Below are positions 1 through 13,110 of a DNA stretch of 64,000 bases, in pieces. The DNA is taken from positions 76,694,001-76,758,000 of the forward strand of contig NC_043003.1 of NCBI RefSeq assembly GCF_006345805.1, in the 5' to 3' direction. Source of the DNA: Octopus sinensis. Its lineage: Eukaryota. A program made the translations under genes and the position numbers. Every line of letters begins with the position of its first letter. Within the stretch, counting starts at the first letter, position 1. The notes below the pieces were generated by a model. It was not told the origin of the DNA and ran no database searches. It saw only the letters and a list, made by a program, of their open reading frames with translations.

Positions 1-746
1 TTAGGCTGAAGGGAAAATGTTAAATGTAGCCTATAAGCTAAATTCACCCAAGGTTAACTCAAAAATGGCGATGGTTTACGTCTTTGATAAACGAATCTTT
101 AAAAATCAGTCGAAGAGCTTACTTTTAAGTTTTATGTGCACTATGCCATATAGAAACAGAAACAGTCAGCCAGGCATGTGATTATTATTTCAGCTTATGG
201 CTGAAGTATATGGAGGACGCTGTTTATAGAAGCCATGTTTAAAGAAGAGGCCACGTTTAAAGAAGCCATGTTCAAAGAAGAGGCCGTGTTTAAAGAAGAA
301 GCTATGTTTATAGCCTCTAGATTTAACAGTGATTTTATTGAAGAATAAGCAAACTATTTTAGCGATATTTCGTTTGTGTTGCATGTTATACAATACTAGC
401 AGAGTTGTATTTTAAGACTGAAATTTAGCTATATGGAGTACACGTAGCGATTATGTTTAATGAGACCAAGGCGGATATGTCCCACTGGACGATATTTACA
501 GTATTTTAAGATAAATATATTGATAAAAGTATCTAGGAAGCTATGTTTCATTTGGCGGATCTCTCATTTTCCCCTGTCGTTCTCATTATATACAGCAGAT
601 AATACTCTGAATGAGGGCTCCTCTTTTATGTAAAAATATACATACAATCAAGCGTATACATTTATCTATGTATGTTTGTATATGTGTGTTAATCTACCTA
701 TCTATTATGTATATATATATATGTATATGTGTGTGTGTGTGCGTGC

Positions 747-782
<36 letters not shown>

Positions 783-789
783 TGATATT

Positions 790-990
790 ATTCTATCACT
801 TGTTTCAGTTATTTGACTGTGGCCATGCTGGAGCACTAACTTGAATGAGCAAATCAACCTGTGACTTATTCTCTAGGCCTAGTACTTATACTATCGGTCT
901 TTTTGCCGAACCGCTAATTTTACGGGACCCAAATACACCAACAGCGGTTGTCAAATGATGGGTGGGGGACAAATACAAACACAAAGACAG
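790..990 (-). mobile_element. SINE family A, 3' portion, degenerate
   Basis: Matches by eye the reverse complement of the 3' half of the copies at 5681-6053 and 14490-14859 (tgtttcagt..ttgactgtggccatgctggagcac; gccgaaccgctaa; gggggacaaa). Confidence 0.75.
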
Positions 991-1009
991 GCATTCATGA
1001 ATATATACA

Positions 1010-1894
1010 TGAAGCGGCGTACCCAAGAATTACCGGAAACGTCCTCTGTGGGACAAACCCATTATAGTTCAGGATTCCGCTGCTAGAATTCACTTGATGC
1101 GACCCTAGGGCATCAGTCTGCCGACCGGCATCGTCGGATGGGTTCGTCCTGCCATTTGATGCGTCTTTAATCTGTTGGGCTTCTCCTCTGCTCGTCGACT
1201 TTTGTGATGGCTGAAACGTTAGAACAGCGTGCTTCCGAGAACTTCTGTTTTCTGCTGGGGAAAACGGTGGCCGAAAAAGTTGTCTTGTCTCTAACAGCTT
1301 ACAAGGACGCTGTCATGAGCAAATCACAAGTTTATGAGTGGTTTCCACTCTTTAGGAATAGTCATTTTTCGCTTGAAGATCAACTTCGTAAAGGACAACC
1401 GTCGACATTCCGAATGGACGAAAGCATCATGAAAATTCATGAACTGGACTTGGAGGACCATCACCGAACAATTGACGAACTTGTTGATGTGACTGGTGTG
1501 CCCGGAAGAACCTGCCAAAGAATTTTGGACGAAGAATTGCGAATGAAAAGAGTTACAGCAAAAATTTGTGCAATGCTTACTCACGGAAGATCAAAAGCAG
1601 TCACGACTGAATACGTGCCGTGAACTGAAAGAACAGTTGAAAGTTAATCCAGACCATTTTTCGAATGTCAGCACTGGTAACGAATGCTGGTGCTACGGAA
1701 TTAGCAGATGTGGAAGAGGTGTTAAAAAGCATCACTTCGCAAGAGTTCCAGTCGTGCTTCGAGTTGTAGAAAATGCGCCTGAATCGTTGCTTCAAATGAA
1801 GAATACTTTGAAGACGAGAAAATTGTAAACATGTAAAACTAATTAAATAAAAAAAAATACTGCTAAATACGAGTTTCTATTGGGAACACCCTTG

Positions 1895-1896
<2 letters not shown>
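1010..1896 (+). mobile_element. Decayed, internally deleted mariner (Tc1/mariner) DNA transposon
   Basis: Contains the transposase remnant at 1204-1700. The right end gggaacacccttg|ta is mariner-TIR-like and runs into a TA tract. The left TIR is only weakly similar. Confidence 0.7.
1204..1700 (+). pseudogene. Mariner transposase N-terminal half, frameshifted
   Basis: EQRA..FCFLLGKT, SKSQVYEWF..F, LED..R.G.PST, RTIDEL, CQRIL.EEL.MKRV.AK; after a frameshift near 1565, LLTEDQKQSRL..C and TGNECWCYG (degenerate TGDETW). The catalytic C-terminus is missing. Confidence 0.9.
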
Positions 1897-1948
<52 letters not shown>

Positions 1949-1994
1949 ATACATAGATATACGTACAAACATACATATATATACACACACATAC

Positions 1995-2045
<51 letters not shown>

Positions 2046-2121
2046 CACATATATGCAAATGTGTATATATATATATATATAATATATATATACACATATA
2101 TATATGTATATGTGTGTATAT

Positions 2122-2152
<31 letters not shown>

Positions 2153-2558
2153 TATACATATAAAATGTACGAGGAAGTTTCCTCAGGGTGACTCAGACTA
2201 ATAGGTACGTACTCTGAGTGCTCAATATGCTATGCCACTAAATTTCCAGTATAAACAGCAGTTGAATGTGTGATTTTGCGACTGCTTTTCTAAAACATCT
2301 ACAAATGGCTTCCCTTTGAGCAGGTGTGTATAGATTAAAACAGATACGAAGGGATAAACTGTTTACTGGGACTTGTCAAGGACATTTAATTTAACTATAT
2401 AGTAACGTAATGCAATAAATACGCCCATTTATACACATTTGTAATATATACACACCATTTTATTAGATTATATTGTTATATAGCTCAATTAAATGGCCTT
2501 GTCCAAGTCTCACCAAAGTGTTTGCTTCCTCAATTTTTTTGCTCTGTATACACACACA

Positions 2559-2613
<55 letters not shown>

Positions 2614-2727
2614 CCCAGTCTCGCAATCAGACTGCACCTAATCCTGCTTGCCCGAAACATCGAACCCAGCACTCCTCTACCCGATCATGTATTTACCGTA
2701 AATGTTTTCTACAACTGACATAAACAT

Positions 2728-2935
2728 TAGCTTCAAATTTTGGCACAATGCCAGAAATTTTAGAGGAAGGGGTAAGTCGATTACATCGACCCCAGTACTC
2801 AACTGATAATTATTTTATCGACACCGAAAGGATGAAATGCAAAGTCTACCTGGATGGAATTTGAACTCAGATTAAAAAAAACAACGAAAAGTCTTTTACC
2901 CGGCGTGCTAACTATTCTTTCATATCGCTACCTTT
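2728..2935 (-). mobile_element. SINE family B (tRNA head, Meta-domain-like core)
   Basis: Contains aagtcgattacatcgacccc..gaaaggatgaaa..ggaatttgaactcag, shared with more than 10 copies in the window. Confidence 0.8.
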
Positions 2936-3100
2936 AGTTTACATGAATATTAATAACGATATGGGGCGCTCACGTTTCTTTCACACACAGCAAGTAAAAA
3001 TCTGTGCTGTACACATATTCGCGTTCCACACACACACATACACATGCACATACACATACATACATACATACATACATACATACATACATACATACATAAC

Positions 3101-3432
3101 TTGACTCCGTCGATCAGGAATAACTATGGGTGCTCCTAAGATGTTCCCCTCCGTGGTCCAATCTGAGCGGAAAGGCTCCTCAGCGGCGAACGCAAAACCT
3201 AGGTTTGTTTTTATGGAAGACCAGCAGTCGCATATGAATACCATCATCTCCTCTCCATGCCGATACAGCGTGATACTAGTGATGTTGCCACTCATTTCTA
3301 CAGCTGAGTGGACAGTAGCAACGTGCAATGAAGTGTCTTGCTCAAAAACACAAAACGCAGCCCGGTGCGTGGATCGAACTTACAACCTCACAGTCGTTAG
3401 CTCGACGCTCTAACCGAGACATGCGCTTTCAC
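3101..3432 (-). mobile_element. SINE family C (tRNA-derived)
   Basis: Reverse complement of the 13564-13897 copy (atggaagaccagcagtcgc; catttctacagctgagt; gtgtcttgctcaa). Confidence 0.8.
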
Positions 3433-3597
3433 ATATACATACACAAATGCATGTATACATACATACATACATACATACATACACACATACATGTCCTCAT
3501 AGTACTGGTTGTACAGGGACCGGACAAACATCTATATCGTGCCGTGAACCATATTCAAAACATTCAAGCTCAAAACAAAACAAAAAAATACTGTTCT

Positions 3598-3799
3598 ATA
3601 TTTAAGAGATGAGGAATTATGTACATTATTTACATTATTTACATTCGACGAATATTTGTCCTCATCTTGTTTGTTGTTAACACAACGTTTCGTCTGATAT
3701 ACTCTCCAGCATTTAGCAGATGTCTTGAGGAAATTTCGAACCTGGGTCCTCATTCCTAAGATATTTTTCGATGTTGTTGTTGTTGTTATTATAGTTGTT

Positions 3800-3862
<63 letters not shown>

Positions 3863-4285
3863 GAGTGAGAGAGCAGTTCATGCCATCAAAGTGACACTGG
3901 GGTAAAATATACGAAGCCCAATATACCCATCATGACTACCCGCCTGATAAGGGTACACCAGGCACATGCATCACAACCATATGTGCGCGACATGGTGATC
4001 TCATATCAAGATAAACAGCACATGACCTTGCAGGTGGGGCCCAGTTAGAATTTTCTTCAGGTTGAGTAGCCCATCCCGCTCAAAAGGTCCCTGAATAAGG
4101 GTTGTTTAAGGATGTTGAAAGAATCACCCATGTTTCCAGAGGTGAATTATTCAAACCCCAAAGAATCCCTCTCAACACATGGCTATGATGCTCCCATTAT
4201 TATTATTCAGGTCACTGTCTGAAATCGAACTCGGAAACTTGGGGTTAGTAGCCCGCGCTCTTAACCACTACGCCATATGTCCGTG
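3598..4285 (-). mobile_element. SINE family D (tRNA head, (TAA)n, decayed hammerhead tail) interrupted by element E
   Basis: A box TGGCGTAGTGG and B box GTTCGATTT at about 4278-4220 on the minus strand. Colinear with 26625-26935. Insertion at 3862-4195. Confidence 0.85.
3862..4195 (-). mobile_element. Element E: non-coding retroposon-like repeat in (TAA)n, truncated copy
   Basis: Near-identical to 20584-20945 and flanked on both sides by (TTA)n. Strand inferred from the TAA tail and one-sided truncation. Confidence 0.75.
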
Positions 4286-4689
4286 ACATACTGCTTTCTG
4301 AGATAAACGAGAACAAACAAGGAAGTGCGAGAAAAAAAAAGTAAAAGAATGCGTGTAACAAAGAAAAAAAGCAAGGAGGACAGTGAGATAAGAGTTATGT
4401 TTTTTATGGTCCGTTAGACTGAGATTTAGCACTGATTGATGCAGGTAATTCGACGGGAACAGGTTTAATATATTCGAGCGTTTGTTCTGATGTTTGTTAA
4501 TAGTAATTGTGACCGTGTGTGTGCGTGTGTGTGTGGATGTATGTATATGTCTATCTATCTATCTATCTATCTATATATATATATATATAATCAGATTTTT
4601 CTGATTTTTCAGGTTTTTATATGCCAGGCTACTGGTTATGAATTGATATTAATTAAATTAATAAACAATTTATCTCCCTCATTATTTAA

Positions 4690-4758
<69 letters not shown>

Positions 4759-4941
4759 CGATATACATATATGTGTGTGTGTGTGTGTGTGTGTGCATTA
4801 CCGTTCCTGCGGACCTTCCTTCTTTCCTCTTCCTGACTACGAGCCATGCTCGAAACGTTACAAACCCTCTCTTTTTTCCGTATTAAACTGAACGTCAAAC
4901 TAATACATCAACGGTGTACGTCTTCGGGCGTAGCTTTTGAA

Positions 4942-4978
4942 CACCATGCATTGAGTCACACCATGCATTGAGTCACAC
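4942..4978. repeat. 17-bp direct tandem duplication
   Basis: acaccatgcattgagtc x2. Confidence 0.9.
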
Positions 4979-5680
4979 GTAGGGATGTAAGTTTATAAAT
5001 GGGAAAGTTGTAAAACCTAGAACAATGAGTATTTGTGCGTGTGCGCATGACTGTTTGTGTGAGTGCGTGTGCGTATGTGAGTATGTGTGTGTGTGTTTAG
5101 AGATGAAGAGGTATACAAAAACGAAAATAGAGAAAAACCATGAATCCAATCGATAAATATTATATTTGTTTGTCCGTATTTTTATTCAGTCACTACTTTT
5201 TTTTAATTCCTCACATCTACTCACAATAGAAAACGAATGACAACGCAAAATATTCCGATAATCACAAAACACTTATGTAAAAACTTACTGCACACTTAAT
5301 CACTTGAAAAATAAAACATTTATTTCACCTAACCAGCAAAAAACTCTTCAACCAGTAACAGAAACGCCGTAGGACACGATGCTGCCTACTATCATAATGG
5401 CGAATATAAAACAAAAACCAATATATTGACTGTTATTAACCTTCAGCTTCAACGAATTCATACATTTTTTTAAGCCGAACATCTCATTGCTACATAGTTG
5501 CGTTTGTGTGTGGGGGATGGAGCATACATACAAACTTATAAACTTATAACCCTATAACACATACACACGCGTGCACACGCATACACACGCATGCACATGC
5601 ACATACGTACACGCGCACGCACACACGCACTTACGCGCACTTATTTATACACACCTATGTATAAATTATATACATATATA

Positions 5681-6053
5681 CAGGAGTGGCTGTGTGGTAA
5701 GTAGCTTGCTTACAAACCACATGGTTCCGGGTTCAGTCCCACTGCATGGCACCTTGGGCAAGTGTCTTCTACTATAGCCTCGGGCCGACCAAAGCCTTGT
5801 GAGTGGATATGGTAGACGGAAACTGAAAGAAGCCCGTCGTATATATGTATATATATATGTATGTGTATGTGTTTGTGTTTGTGTGTCTATGTTTGTCCCC
5901 CTAGCATTGCTTGACAACCGATACTGGTGTGTTTATGTCCCCGTCACTTAGCGGCTCGGCAAAACTGACCGATAGAATAAATACTGAGTTGCTCGATTAA
6001 AGGCGGTGCTCCAGCATGGCCGCAGTCAAATGACTGAAACAAGTAAAAGAGTA
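5681..6053 (+). mobile_element. SINE family A (tRNA head, CORE-like domain, internal TA/TG tract), near full length
   Basis: A box TGGCTGTGTGG, B box GGTTCAGTCC, CORE-like ccttgggcaagtg, and gtgagtggat..gtagacggaaactgaaagaagcccgtcg. Multiple copies in the window. Confidence 0.9.
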
Positions 6054-6097
6054 TATGCTTGTGTGCGTCAGTGTATATATTTATGTAAATTATATCT

Positions 6098-6833
6098 CCG
6101 GTCATCACATAAGATCTGTCCGATTTTACCTTTTTTAAAATTAAATGAAATTTCATAGTATTTCAGAATGCTCGTCTCTCCATTCTTGCGAACTCGTTTC
6201 AGCCTTTCTAGATAGACTTGCGACTGGTGACGAAAAATGCATCTTCTATCGAAATGTTAAACGTCGTAAACAGAGGCTTGGTAAAAGGAAAAAAGATCAA
6301 CCAGAGCAGAGAAGGGAACTTCATGGGAAAAGGTTCTTGTCTCTATCTGGTGGGACTGCAAATTAGTAATTCACTTTGAATTGTTACCATTTAATGCAAC
6401 AGTCAATACCCACGTCTACTGTCAGCAATTACAGCGTTTGAAACAAGCTTTGAAGAAAAAACAGACCCGCTTTAGTGAAGCGAAAAGGAGTGATGTTTCA
6501 TCAGATAAGTGCGCGACCCCACACTCCAAGGATCACATCACAGATAAAATTCCTCATCCATCTTATTCTCCCGACCTTGCTCCTACAGACTATCATTTGT
6601 TTCGTAGCTTACAGAATCATTTGGGGAACATAACTTTCGCAAGCCAGAACATTTCAGAGTTTCTCACTTTGAAACCAAAAGATTTTTATATTGATGTGAT
6701 TAAAATGCTTGTAAATAGATGAAAGAAAGTCATAGATAACCAGAGAAAGCACATTGATGATTAAATTTCAATTAAATATTTGATTACTTATTTTCTTTCT
6801 TCAAAATTCGGACAGAACTGATGGGATGACTTG
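6098..6833 (+). mobile_element. Internally deleted mariner element with ~30-bp TIRs
   Basis: Left ggtcatcacataagatctgtccgattt and right aaattcggacagaactgatgggatgact are imperfect inverted repeats enclosing the transposase remnant. Confidence 0.9.
6165..6765 (+). pseudogene. Mariner transposase catalytic-domain remnant, frameshifted
   Basis: FLDRLATGDEK.I.Y.NVKR, YCQQLQRL, and PHPSYSPDLAPTDYHLFRSLQNHL (the mariner YSPDLAP motif). Confidence 0.93.
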
Positions 6834-6841
6834 TGTCAATT

Positions 6842-6913
<72 letters not shown>

Positions 6914-6930
6914 TGTGTGCATGTACATAC

Positions 6931-6974
<44 letters not shown>

Positions 6975-6975
<1 letters not shown>

Positions 6976-7260
6976 TGGGGAGAATTCACAAGAAAACAAA
7001 AGACGAAAACAGGTGGTGTAGACAACAAACAGAAGTATTAGTTTAACGCTCGGGAAAATGAAAAAGTTTTTAACGTTTCGAGCCCACGCTCTTCCACAGA
7101 AAGGAATACAGAAAGAAACAAGGAGAGAAAATAAATAATGTGTAATGGCTAGCGATCTTTCATGACAAATGCCTGACAGAGAGGTCACACAGGAGAGCTA
7201 GGAAGAAGGGGAGATAATAAAGTAGTAGTGATCCCAAAACGAAGGTGCGCGTGCATGTGT
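6975..7260 (-). mobile_element. Non-autonomous repeat with a degenerate hammerhead-like motif (possible Penelope pseudo-LTR relic)
   Basis: Minus strand 7104-7066 reads cuuu-CUGUGGA-A-GAGC-gugg-GCUC-GAAAC-GUU-aaaa. Confidence 0.5.
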
Positions 7261-8039
7261 ATATGAGAGTAATTTTGAAAGCTTAGTTACATGCTAAAAT
7301 CTAAGTACTATAGAGGCATATACGAACAAGAGCCGTAAAGTATAATTTATCCTGAGCGATCTCGACCATATAAGTCGGTACTATGGTTGTAAATCTACGT
7401 AATGTAATCAAACGTGGGGCATAGATGTCAAATGCACGAGCTAAAGAGAATTTCGAATTATTTCTACAAAACAGTCGTGCAATTTCCTTTTCATCAGTAG
7501 CTACTAAACAAATTCGTGTGTTTATTCTGAAATAGATTTTTTACAGATATATTACATTTCCTGAAAACATATTTCTGTTGTTTAAATCATAATTTGAATT
7601 AACAAGCAGTCATCCTGATAAAATCTTTATTAAATGAATGAATTATTTTCAATAGAAACGCGTACTCAAACACATGTACTTATTCAATCGATTTCAAAAT
7701 GTAAAAATTATATAATGGTAAATTTACGAAATACTAACACAAGAGGAAGAAACGGACATAACATTTAAAATGCTAGCAATTAATATTTGCTATTTCTGTA
7801 GTAACACTGAATACAATAGAATCTTAATTCAATAGCAGTTCTATAAAAATATCTTATTTCGTTCGTTTTAGAGAAAATATTTACCTCAAAATTTAAATAA
7901 TTTCTTTCGCAATAGTTTTACACTGTTCATTGTATTGAGTACATTATATCCTTGCTACATAAATGTTTATGCATTTCCTTCTTCAGTTTATCTATAATAA
8001 ATATGCATCTATATATACATATTACATATCATGCATATA

Positions 8040-8083
8040 TAAATATGAATATATATATATAGAGGCAATATATAATATAATAT

Positions 8084-8117
<34 letters not shown>

Positions 8118-8391
8118 ATAACACATATATATATATATGCATATAATATATATATATATATATATATAATATATATATAATCTATATATATATATTATAA
8201 TATATAATTATATATATATATATTATACATATATATATATATACTATATATATATATATATATATATAATACATATATATATATATATACTATATATATA
8301 TATATATTATATATATATTATATATAAGATATATATATATATTATATATATATTATATATATATATATATAATATATATATATATATATCT

Positions 8392-8431
<40 letters not shown>

Positions 8432-8450
8432 AATATATATATATATATAT
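8040..8450. repeat. Long interrupted (TA)n microsatellite
   Basis: About 400 bp of TA dinucleotides. Many similar (TA)n/(CA)n/(TACA)n/(GATA)n tracts occur, e.g. 1895-2160, 9350-9590, 15265-15388, 47160-47690, 62700-63000. Confidence 0.97.
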
Positions 8451-8819
8451 GCTTATAGAGATACTGAGAAAGAAATATATATTATTCATACGCAATGCGT
8501 TGTGCATATATTTCACATCAGTGTGCTTTTATCAAAGACTTGATCGAAATTGTTGGCGTATATTCGTATATTCTTGTTATGCCTGTATGCGCTTCTCTTC
8601 TCTCTGCTTAATAATAATCTCATATTAGAAATACGAGTTATTTTTACATATTCATAATTATAGTCAAATAATGTAGGGAAAGCATTTAAACTACAAACAT
8701 GAATTCAAATCTTGCACCTGCATTTTCTATGAAAGAATGTTTTTCTATTTATAAGACATACAGTTTGTAAGTCTATATGTGGTTGTGTATGAACGTAAGT
8801 ATATATATATATACATGTA

Positions 8820-8891
<72 letters not shown>

Positions 8892-8928
8892 TTTATGCAT
8901 GTCTATGTACTATTTATGTATGTATAGG

Positions 8929-8964
<36 letters not shown>

Positions 8965-9361
8965 ATTATATCACATTTGGCAATATGTTCAAGTTGTACT
9001 GGTAATTTGTTGTATGAAGTTGTTTGGATCGCATGTGCTGCGTGCCTCCACAATAGTTTTCTCAACCTACATTGGATGATTAAATAAGTTAACGTTTTTC
9101 AAAAGCTCACTTACTCACTCTCTCCCAACAGCAAACAGCAACATACTCACTTTTCCAACCATTTCCCTCACTCGCAGAGAGTGTATAACACGTCCAAAAT
9201 AGAACAGTATTGACGTCTCCCAATTATTTTTAATATGGAAATGAAATCTTGTGTGTGTGTGCCTGTGTATGCCTGTGCTTATTTAAATTGGACTCTGTTA
9301 TATGTGTATATTCCTGTACATAAGGATGTTGTGTGAGTGTATGTATGTATGAGTATATGTA

Positions 9362-9412
<51 letters not shown>

Positions 9413-9503
9413 GTGTGTATTGTGAGTGCGCGTATCTAAGTATCAATATACGTGTGTATTTTGCGTGTATATATATATATATATTATATATATATATATA
9501 TAT

Positions 9504-9578
<75 letters not shown>

Positions 9579-10227
9579 TTGATATAGATATATATGCATG
9601 TATCTGTATAAAAATATATACGCCAGTGTGTAAGCTCGTATGTATGAGTTATGTAAATGTATATATGTATACGTATATGCATATATAAATATCTATATTC
9701 ATGATTCATGTAAACATATACACACCTACTCGCAAACCAATATGCGAGTGTGTGTCTATGTGCGGCGCGTGTGTATCCATGTATATATGCATAATGCAGA
9801 TGTTTGTTTCTATGCATCTGTGCAGATTCACATATTCTTTCTTTTAAGTGATATTTAAATATTTTTTTTATGTCTTTTTGAATATTTTGTTAAACATTTT
9901 TAAAAACTGGAAATAGCTAAAAATATGTTTGAAATAGAATAATTATGTTTTCCTAATATTTCTGTTTGACTATATAACCATTTTTAAACAAAAATTCTGT
10001 TTCAGAAAACAATATTTTTTTGTAATGATAAATTAACAGTTGGAATAAACCATTGAACTTTCTAAGAAGCTGTTGCTTCGGATCTTTATTTTCAGCAACT
10101 GCAGTTTTGATGCTATAACCGTAATTTATATAAACACTACATTCTTGAGAGACAAATAGCCTTTTGAAATGTTTACAACTGGAGTCGTAGCGAAATAGTT
10201 TTAAAACATCTATATGCTTGAATATAC

Positions 10228-10290
10228 ATACAGTGTAGTAAGAGGTTTGCTTCTCAAACATTAGGTTCCGAGTGCAATCCTACTCAGTGG

Positions 10291-10345
<55 letters not shown>

Positions 10346-10595
10346 GTGTGTGTGTATGCGTGTGTGTGTGCGTGTGTGCATGTTTGTGTGAGTATATGTG
10401 TGTGTGTGTTTTTGTGTCTGTGTTTGTTCCCCACAACTGCTTAGCAACTGATGTTAGTGTGTTTACGGTGTGTAATTCAGTGGCTCAGTATTGGACACCG
10501 ATTGGATGTCTCCGACTTTACAACAATGCACTGGGGTCGATTCGACTAAAATTCTTAGAGTTAGCCTAATGACTAAAACACATGAAAGATAACAG
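10228..10595 (+). mobile_element. SINE family A, degenerate and partly deleted
   Basis: gtgtagtaagaggtttgcttc..ggttccgagtgcaatcctac head, plus tail motifs ggggtcgattcgactaaa and aatgactaaaac. Confidence 0.6.
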
Positions 10596-12113
10596 AAAAA
10601 TTAAAATTTCTATACATCAAAGCCTTATATTTAGCAAATACCAAATACAGAACGAAAACTGGGTTGATAGACAAATTCAGAGAGATAGTTTGCAACATTT
10701 CACTGCTTCCTGGATACTCTTAGCATATGTCAATCCATTATATTTAAGAACAAATGTTGGAGTTAATATCTCAGAAATGCCATCTGCAAGAAAATCAAGA
10801 GTTCAATAGAGATGAAGACAATACTGAGCGGTACCATATATCTAATCAGAAAGAACAACTGTCCCTGTAGAGGGACTGAAAAACATTAGCTAAATAATAA
10901 ATAGCTTAATAATTTCGGCAAGTAGGGTAAGACACTTCAGTATGTTTTAATATAATTGAACCTCCTTAGTGAATGATGGACTTCTTCGAACTTGCCCAAT
11001 GTGTGATATATAACAGCTTGACAGTTATAAAACATGAATTTCTAATAATAAGTTAACATAACGTTAACCTCTTTAAAGAAATTTTACTAGAAGTTAATAA
11101 TATCTACTCTGTTAAGAACAAAGTGCTCTTTTAGACAAGAATCGCAATCATTCTAATTTAAACGGAGTGTGTAAGCTGACATCTTTACAAGTTATTCCAT
11201 TATGATAAATTACTCTAGCTATTTGTACGACAGCTTCTCTGTCGCTCTGAGGTAAACAGTGTGAAAACTATTACTAGAAATACAAGGTAGCAATATAGTT
11301 CTGTTCTGCCTATCAAATTAATATAATTCCTGGATGAATCAGTGTTTTTTTCTTTTTTGTTTCTTATTTTCTCTTCATTGGTAACAAGGTTTTGCCTTGT
11401 CGGTTATTTCTCTTTTACTTTAATACAACTACATTTATCGTATTTCGTATACTTTTAATTTGCACAAACACGCCTCTGTGATTAAGTGGTTTTCTTTGAA
11501 AATATGTAGCTTCGGGTTCAATTGTAAAGTAGTGCACTTGTATTCTACGATAATCTCGAGTTGTTCAAACCTTAATAGTGATCCTTGAGATACAGAAGGT
11601 ATGTGAAAGCTTCTCAAAATTATATTTCCAGATCTTTTGTAGCAAACATAATGATAGTTTATCATTTAATCAGGGGAGCATCTATAGTTATTTTTCTCCA
11701 GTGACTCTATGACTCCATGACTGGTGAGAGAAATTATATCGAAACCAGAGATCTATTCTGAAAACTTTCCACTGAGTGAAAACTACAAAAGCACCCTACG
11801 ATCAAGTGATGGTATTAACAACTAGGAACCCAGATTTCAAAGATTTGGAATAAGTACCGAAGGACATGGCACCCGATGTTCAAACAATTCTGTCAGTCCA
11901 ATAATTGCACTGACACTTTGTTTTATTGACCCCTGAAAATATGGCAGGGTAAGTTAATATTGGCAGGATTTAAACTCAAAGAATAAAAAGCCAAGTAATT
12001 TGTCTTACATTTGAATGATTGTGCAAAATGACTGCTATATGTCTCCCAGTTTAACACCAGCGATGTGGGCTGTCTCTAATGATATACACTCTGGTGCAAC
12101 CTTCAAGCCTGTA

Positions 12114-12178
12114 CTCCTTCTCCAGTATGATGACAACTATTCTCCTTCTCCAGTATGATGACAACTATTCTCCTTCTC
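12114..12178. repeat. 28-bp tandem duplication (2.3 copies)
   Basis: ctccttctccagtatgatgacaactatt x2 plus ctccttctc. Confidence 0.9.
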
Positions 12179-12801
12179 GCTATCATAGGAACTATCAAAA
12201 TGGTCAAGAGTAATGGGCTTCGACTTTTTAATAACTCATGCAGTATAAACTATAAAACATTGTACAAAAACATGTTATTTTACATAAATCACCAAATCGA
12301 AAATGTGCCAGCTATTCTGCCCGGTAGAATTTATAAAAGACAATAGATGTGTTTTGAGCAGACTGTTAATTAACCAAAAAATTTAAGTGAAAACAAAAAA
12401 AAATTACTGTATTTTAATGATAGGAGTTAAAATATGAGGGTATTACAATTAATGTAATTAATAACGAAGTTGGTCTCATGAGACATGTCAATGTTAAAAA
12501 TATTTATTTATTTCAATCTCTTGTATAATTGTTTTTTTTTTATTACTTACTCAGCCTGGAAAAACGTTTTGCAACGCCTTCAGGTCTCTTGGGGCAAACG
12601 AAAGAAGAAACCACGCAACTGACTACTAGATAATAACCCACTTTATCAATAGTCATATTATCCTAGATATATATATATATGTGTGTACGTGTAGAACATA
12701 TATGTATATATATGCGCATATATATGTATGTGTATACATATATACTTATACGTAAGTATATATATATACTTATATACATACATATTCTCTCTCTCTCTCT
12801 C

Positions 12802-12875
<74 letters not shown>

Positions 12876-13064
12876 TTACCTGTGTGTATTTATGCATGTA
12901 TGTATATATATGAATGTATGTATGTGTGTGTATGTATGTATATGCTTATTAGTGCTTTTTTAGGGCTAGTTATATATAAAAAAGAAAATTAACGTTGAAC
13001 TGAAATGTTGCTCGATAATTTATAGTAGAGTACATAATTATTTACTTTTACAAGCAAAAAGCTG

Positions 13065-13110
13065 ACAGTGACTTCGAAGTATCGGCTCGCTCGCCTACAT
13101 CAGAATGTGC
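13065..13110 (-). ncRNA. Decayed type I hammerhead ribozyme relic
   Basis: Minus strand reads acauu-CUGAUGUA-GGC-gagcga-GCC-GAU-ACUUCGAAGU-C-acugu. It has a palindromic stem III, a GUC triplet and two core substitutions. Confidence 0.55.

Noticed and set aside
5-181. Short open frame at the window start (AEGKMLNVAYK...QPGM*)
   Set aside because: No recognisable similarity, and the upstream context is missing.
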